Shown here one piece after another: positions 60,901-64,000 of a stretch of 64,000 nt of DNA. The notes under the pieces were generated by a model that saw nothing but the letters and a program-made list of their open reading frames with translations, did no database searches and was not told the DNA's origin. Both the position numbers and the translations under genes were made by a program. The stretch spans positions 103,390 to 167,389 of the forward strand of contig NMRA01000348.1 of NCBI GenBank assembly GCA_002633005.1, in the 5' to 3' direction. Position 1 is the stretch's first letter; each line of letters opens with the position of its first letter. This DNA comes from Phoronis australis. Taxonomy: Eukaryota; Animalia; Phoronida.

Positions 60901-62009
60901 TCCACTTCAAGGAAGACATTGCCTGGGAATGCCTTGGGAAAGTGTAAACTGTCCTGGTGAGTGAGAAGGTTTATTATCACCGTGTCTACATGTATGCTAT
61001 TAATATTACTCATCTTACTATAGAAATGTCGTTGAATACACACTATGACTGTATTGTTAAATTTTAAGGCCAGTCCTTCGAGTTTTAGTCTGAGAAACGG
61101 TTTGGGCGCACTTCTTTGCCAAGAACTAATTCCGCAACCTCATCGTGGCCAGTGTTCCTAGATTACAGATTAAGATCTAGCCAGACCCACGCATCCCTAG
61201 TGAGACTACGCTGTAATCGTAACCTACTGTACATAATGTTGCATTCTGATATTCTGTAAACTCTTGTTCAAGTCTGCTGTCATAGGGATATTCCGACACA
61301 CTCGACGACATTCATTTTTTTATGGTCGCATGACTTGCTCTTAGTTGCTGTTGAGTTTTCACACTGAACCTGTGTCGTTTTCGATAAAACCGTTTCTTTT
61401 TCTAATATCACCATCAGACAATCGGTATGCCATTGCAATTTAGGACACAAGTGTCGGTGGCAATAGAGCGCCGGAGGCTGAGTATACGTAAACTGCGTTT
61501 CGCTTCCACCGTATCTCTGGACTGTGTTCTGTAGATCCAAGTCTGGCGTGAAAAGCAATGTGATCACTTGCTTCGCTTGTATGACCTAGCGATATTTCGC
61601 GAAGACTTGCATACGTGATCTTGAGTTTTTGCGAGATTCTTGCTTTTACGGAACGCAGCCCTGTGTGCATCCTACCTTGTTACATACTATGTGCAACCAC
61701 GTCAACGCGATCAACGCTGTTTTTCTTTTCCAGCACTTCCTGGGTGTTTTATCGATTCCGATCCTATAGATCTGCCGCATCGCAGTTTACAGAATACAGC
61801 TGTTTCAAGGAATAAATGTCAGTCTAAATGCAAGTCACAAAACTATGATCTGGCTGCCGTTCAAAATGGCATCGACTGTTACTGTGGTAATACTTACGCA
61901 TCTCATGGAACACGGCCGCTTGCTGATTGCAACATGACTTGTTCAGCTACCTGGTCCAAGGAAACCTGTGGCGGACAAAAGTCCAACTGGATCATGAAAG
62001 CTAAACACA
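39903..62009 (+). CDS. Secreted mosaic lectin-like protein: SP-SUEL-CCP-CCP-CCP-PAN-PAN-CTL-TSP1-PAN-CTL-F5/8C-TSP1-WSC; 3'-incomplete
   Basis: 18 exons join in frame (3709 nt): 39903-39960, 44255-44602, 44962-45147, 46102-46284, 49922-50143, 50824-51069, 51632-51901, 52462-52642, 53157-53398, 54222-54428, 54732-55007, 55367-55535, 56126-56349, 56992-57185, 57661-57771, 59962-60100, 60780-60956, 61734-62009. The last exon ends at a phase-1 donor (gtaaga). The individual exons are well supported. That they form one transcript is inferred; a split between 46284 and 49922 is possible. Confidence 0.75.
42455..42612 (-). mobile_element. tRNA-derived SINE-like head
   Basis: Minus strand reads TAGCTCGCCATCAGAGCAGTAGACTGCGACCGTGGGAATTCCAGATTCGATTCC: A-box-like, anticodon-arm-like and B-box-like parts with tRNA spacing, but no intact acceptor stem. 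Confidence 0.5.
44255..44602 (+). CDS. SUEL / rhamnose-binding (Gal_lectin) domain exon
   Basis: Motifs FYGR, C.GK..CSF and FFG.DPCPGITKYL...Y.C; phase 1-1. Confidence 0.9.
44962..50143 (+). CDS. Three CCP/sushi domain exons (44962-45147, 46102-46284, 49922-50143)
   Basis: Pattern C..P...TY.CK.GY...I/L.C...W....C in each exon; all phase 1-1. Confidence 0.85.
45603..45894. mobile_element. Outer TIR element containing the 45687-45845 MITE
   Basis: ATTGTCCTCACCGGTTC at the left end; GAACCGGTGAAGTCAAT (reverse complement ATTGACTTCACCGGTTC) at the right end. Confidence 0.6.
45687..45845. mobile_element. About 150-bp MITE family (terminus GGCGTGCGTTCA); other copies at about 41-178, 38482-38622 and 57991-58074 plus 59767-59813
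   Basis: Shared core GCAAGACTTC.CGAGATTACGTGAGA.ATTGCCGTGTATTTTAAATGAGAACAC in both orientations at four sites. Confidence 0.8.
50824..51901 (+). CDS. Two PAN/apple domain exons (50824-51069, 51632-51901)
   Basis: CxxxC-x5-C-x9-C spacing: CSDSCKDTSSCAAAQWDIGSSQC and CLAHCIGTSSCLSADFHEGSQTC; phase 1-1. Confidence 0.8.
52462..53398 (+). CDS. C-type lectin domain 1 (exons 52462-52642, 53157-53398) with EPN and WDD motifs
   Basis: CPP...NCY.F...AKTFC....AHLAFI then IIGLKD...W...EPN...ECV...WDD..C...FLCE. Confidence 0.92.
53710..53995. repeat. Degenerate (CAT/CGT/CAC)n microsatellite
   Basis: CATCATCATCGTCGTC runs in the intron between CTL1 and TSP1. Confidence 0.92.
54222..54428 (+). CDS. Thrombospondin type-1 (TSP1) repeat exon 1
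   Basis: GGWS...W..C..CG.RTRS..CNNP.P..G..C.G. A second in-frame acceptor exists at 54231. Confidence 0.85.
54732..56349 (+). CDS. PAN domain 3 (54732-55007) and divergent C-type lectin domain 2 (55367-55535, 56126-56349)
   Basis: CAVACYNDTLCKSADYQAATRAC; CPPGW....GCY...AKEFC....SHLAFI then YWLS...C....LILCE. Confidence 0.85.
56992..60100 (+). CDS. F5/8 type C (discoidin) domain, three exons (56992-57185, 57661-57771, 59962-60100)
   Basis: SWCAA...YVQIHL...IATKGR...FVTS....SLDG..F then FEANTD...PLLARYVRIKP...MRLEVYG. Confidence 0.92.
58075..59766. mobile_element. DNA transposon with perfect 16-bp TIRs and 5-bp TSD (hAT5-like), spanning the gap
   Basis: CAGTGGCGGATCTACG (58075-58090) and CGTAGATCCGCCACTG (59751-59766); TAGGT on both flanks. 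The superfamily is inferred from the CAG termini and 5-bp TSD. Confidence 0.85.
58652..59096. other. Assembly gap (445 N)
   Basis: Run of N inside the TIR element. Confidence 1.
60780..60956 (+). CDS. TSP1 repeat exon 2 (absent from the ORF track)
   Basis: Hand translation: DLPGVSTKKIEIYGEWSNWGSWDKCRLSGERKRWRNCTGRDPLQGRHCLGMPWESVNCP, then G|gtgagt. Contains WxxWxxWxxC and RxRxRxC. Confidence 0.82.
61734..62009 (+). CDS. WSC carbohydrate-binding domain exon
   Basis: GCF.D...KCQSKC....YDLAAVQNG.DCYCGN...CNMTC......ETCGG; phase 1-1. Confidence 0.9.
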
Positions 62010-63112
62010 GTAAGACAAGACGACAGTAAAATAGAATGAGTCTATATAGTTACATATCAGGTGTAAAAACACGTTCCAAAATCCAACGGGATGTAATTCC
62101 AACAATTTTACGTTGATGGTCACAAGCATTTCTACAATCAACGTTTTTCGTTCATGTAGTGAATAGTGCACTGATACGCCGTAAAATGTAACAATTTCTT
62201 AAAATTTAGCATCTTGTTACATTTTAGGAGAGGCCTAGCAACGTAAAATGTAGCAATGGCATTTAATGTAAATTTTTACAATTTACATCGAATGCACATC
62301 CGAGAAGTGTACCATTGTTACATCGCATGGCACTTGTCACGCGAATGAAGACGGCTCACACACTTAAAGTCACTATTTCCTTTACTTTCGCCTGCTTAGA
62401 TCACAAATTGAGCTTTGCCAATCGACAGATATCACTAAAATTAACTCTTTTCGTAAATTACAGCCATGTACATACTCTCGTTATTTTACTATTAATTTTT
62501 TTAAATTTATAAAAAGTGGGCGGACTTTCAGCCAAACCTCATTATTTATGCGGGGTTGCCAGTGGAGAGATTACCCATAATGCACACGAATCAGCTGACG
62601 GAAGAGAAACATATCAATTGCAAGCGGTCGAGGTGAGTTAGGTGTTTTGGGACTTCTTGCCAGCTAAACAAGAAATCAGAATGTACAAACATTTGGAAAT
62701 CACAGCTTGATTCTTACTCGTAAACAGCAAGATTAATTTGTTCTGAACCTCGGTTCTCTCAACTATTTCTGTCGCTATCCCGAGTCATTCGAAGTCGACG
62801 TATCCGTGTACTTGTCTATATTACATAATATACAGGCTACAGCGAGTTGTGTTCAATTTTAACCTGCAATCGAGTCTTAATTAGTGATACATGACTTCGT
62901 CGAGCTTGGTTGTTAACGTTTCCTCTTCTGGGAGATTATGTACAACTCGGAGGTGCACGATATCAGTTGCTTACGAAAAAAAAAGTTTCCTGCGTGACAC
63001 TGTGATGACGATGTTCAATTTCCAGGCCCTGGGACTTCATGGGTTTGCAATTATAGAGCTCTGGACCTAGTGCATGGGGTAGAAACGATTCCATGGCTGC
63101 ATCTCTAAATTA

Positions 63113-63458
63113 CATTGGCGGATCGAGGATACCATAAGGGGGACAGGCAACGTTTTGTCTTGGGCAAGTGTGGTTTACGATTGAATGCGAGAACCCAGCC
63201 CGAAAAATTGGGTTGCTCGAATTACTGGTCCTTGTACTACAAAGCTAACAGTGGACTAAAAAAAAACAAAAAAATGAGAAGGCGTTTACGCAGGTCCCTT
63301 GATACGATCGGGTCCGAGCCCCCCCCCCACAGCCACATGTTAAGTACCGAGATTAATTAGTGGACTCAATATTTCCTCGCGCTCTTGCCGTTTTGCTTCT
63401 TTTGCGGCTGTCAGGTGGGGGGGAAGGCCCCCTATCCTCCCTCCTAAATCCGCCTATG
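63113..63458. mobile_element. MITE with CATTGGCGGAT...ATCCGCCTATG termini and 5-bp TSD AATTA
   Basis: Imperfect TIRs; AATTA at 63108-63112 and 63459-63463. Related single termini near 28643 and 38344. Confidence 0.75.
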
Positions 63459-63649
63459 AATTAATCCAAAACCCAATCCTAAACCAGTAGATGATTTCCA
63501 ATCTGAGTCATGCAGTGATTGTCTTTGTACTTGTTGGCAAATAAATCCTACAACAATACAAACAAAAGTTATAAAAAATGTTCTCATTACTGTGTAAGTT
63601 GTCACTGAAATACTCTCACTTTAGGGTCAAATCAGTCGCATGAATAAAA

Positions 63650-63845
63650 GAAGGAATTGAGAGACCTAATGTTGGATGTCGCCAAGCAAGACTCCCGCGT
63701 CTACCAGAGGTCACTTCACTGGATCATTACCCAGCACCATCAGAAGATCCATCATGGTGCCCGTGTCACAGGTGTCAAGAAATGCCAACCAGAAATAAAA
63801 GTGTGCTGTGGGAAGCAGTCTGCTAACTGCATTTCATTATTACCT
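63650..63845 (+). pseudogene. Frameshifted Cys-rich module resembling the P2X7 intracellular (ballast) / Kolobok KolX domain
   Basis: PSWCPCHRCQEMPT, a frameshift, then EIKVCCGKQSANCISLLP and a gtaagt donor. Matches the WCxCxxCxxMPTxxExxCC...CI pattern as I recall it. Confidence 0.55.
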
Positions 63846-64000
63846 GTAAGTATTCACTAAACCGTTGTCTAAAAATTTAATCACTACAAAGTTTTTAGTA
63901 TTGACTACAGACTACATATATCAGTGGGAAACATTTTACAAAATTGTTTAGTACTTTTTTGGTCTGCTCTTTTTCATTTTTAAGGTGATTCATATTAATG

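Noticed and set aside
63025-63078. Possible next exon of the mosaic gene (SPGTSWVCNYRALDLVHG)
   Set aside because: The acceptor is plausible, but there is no convincing donor and no recognisable domain.

Overview
Intron-rich, AT-rich animal genomic DNA, most likely from a marine invertebrate (GT-AG introns, many non-autonomous transposons). It is not prokaryotic, and most entries in the ORF track are noise. I assembled three spliced genes by hand. (1) A complete C-terminal Src kinase (Csk; SH3-SH2-tyrosine kinase, 10 coding exons, 446 aa, + strand, 5117-13134). (2) A complete, convergent UBL7-like gene (ubiquitin-like domain to UBA domain, 9 exons, 326 aa, - strand, 26962-19073). (3) A large secreted mosaic lectin gene (+ strand, from 39903, still open at 62009; 18 exons, about 1,236 codons) with the order signal peptide, SUEL, CCP x3, PAN x2, C-type lectin, TSP1, PAN, C-type lectin, F5/8C, TSP1, WSC. 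Every domain boundary is a phase-1 intron. The rest contains a decayed LINE reverse transcriptase, several MITE families (two nested insertions; two elements with 5-bp target-site duplications), tRNA-like SINE heads, minisatellites, a frameshifted P2X7-ballast/KolX-like zinc module and a 445-N gap. The most notable points are the multi-glycan-binding mosaic protein, a tandem array of copied exon ends with their own splice donors in a Csk intron, and possible ancient Csk-UBL7 linkage. All gene models come from reading the sequence and have no transcript support.
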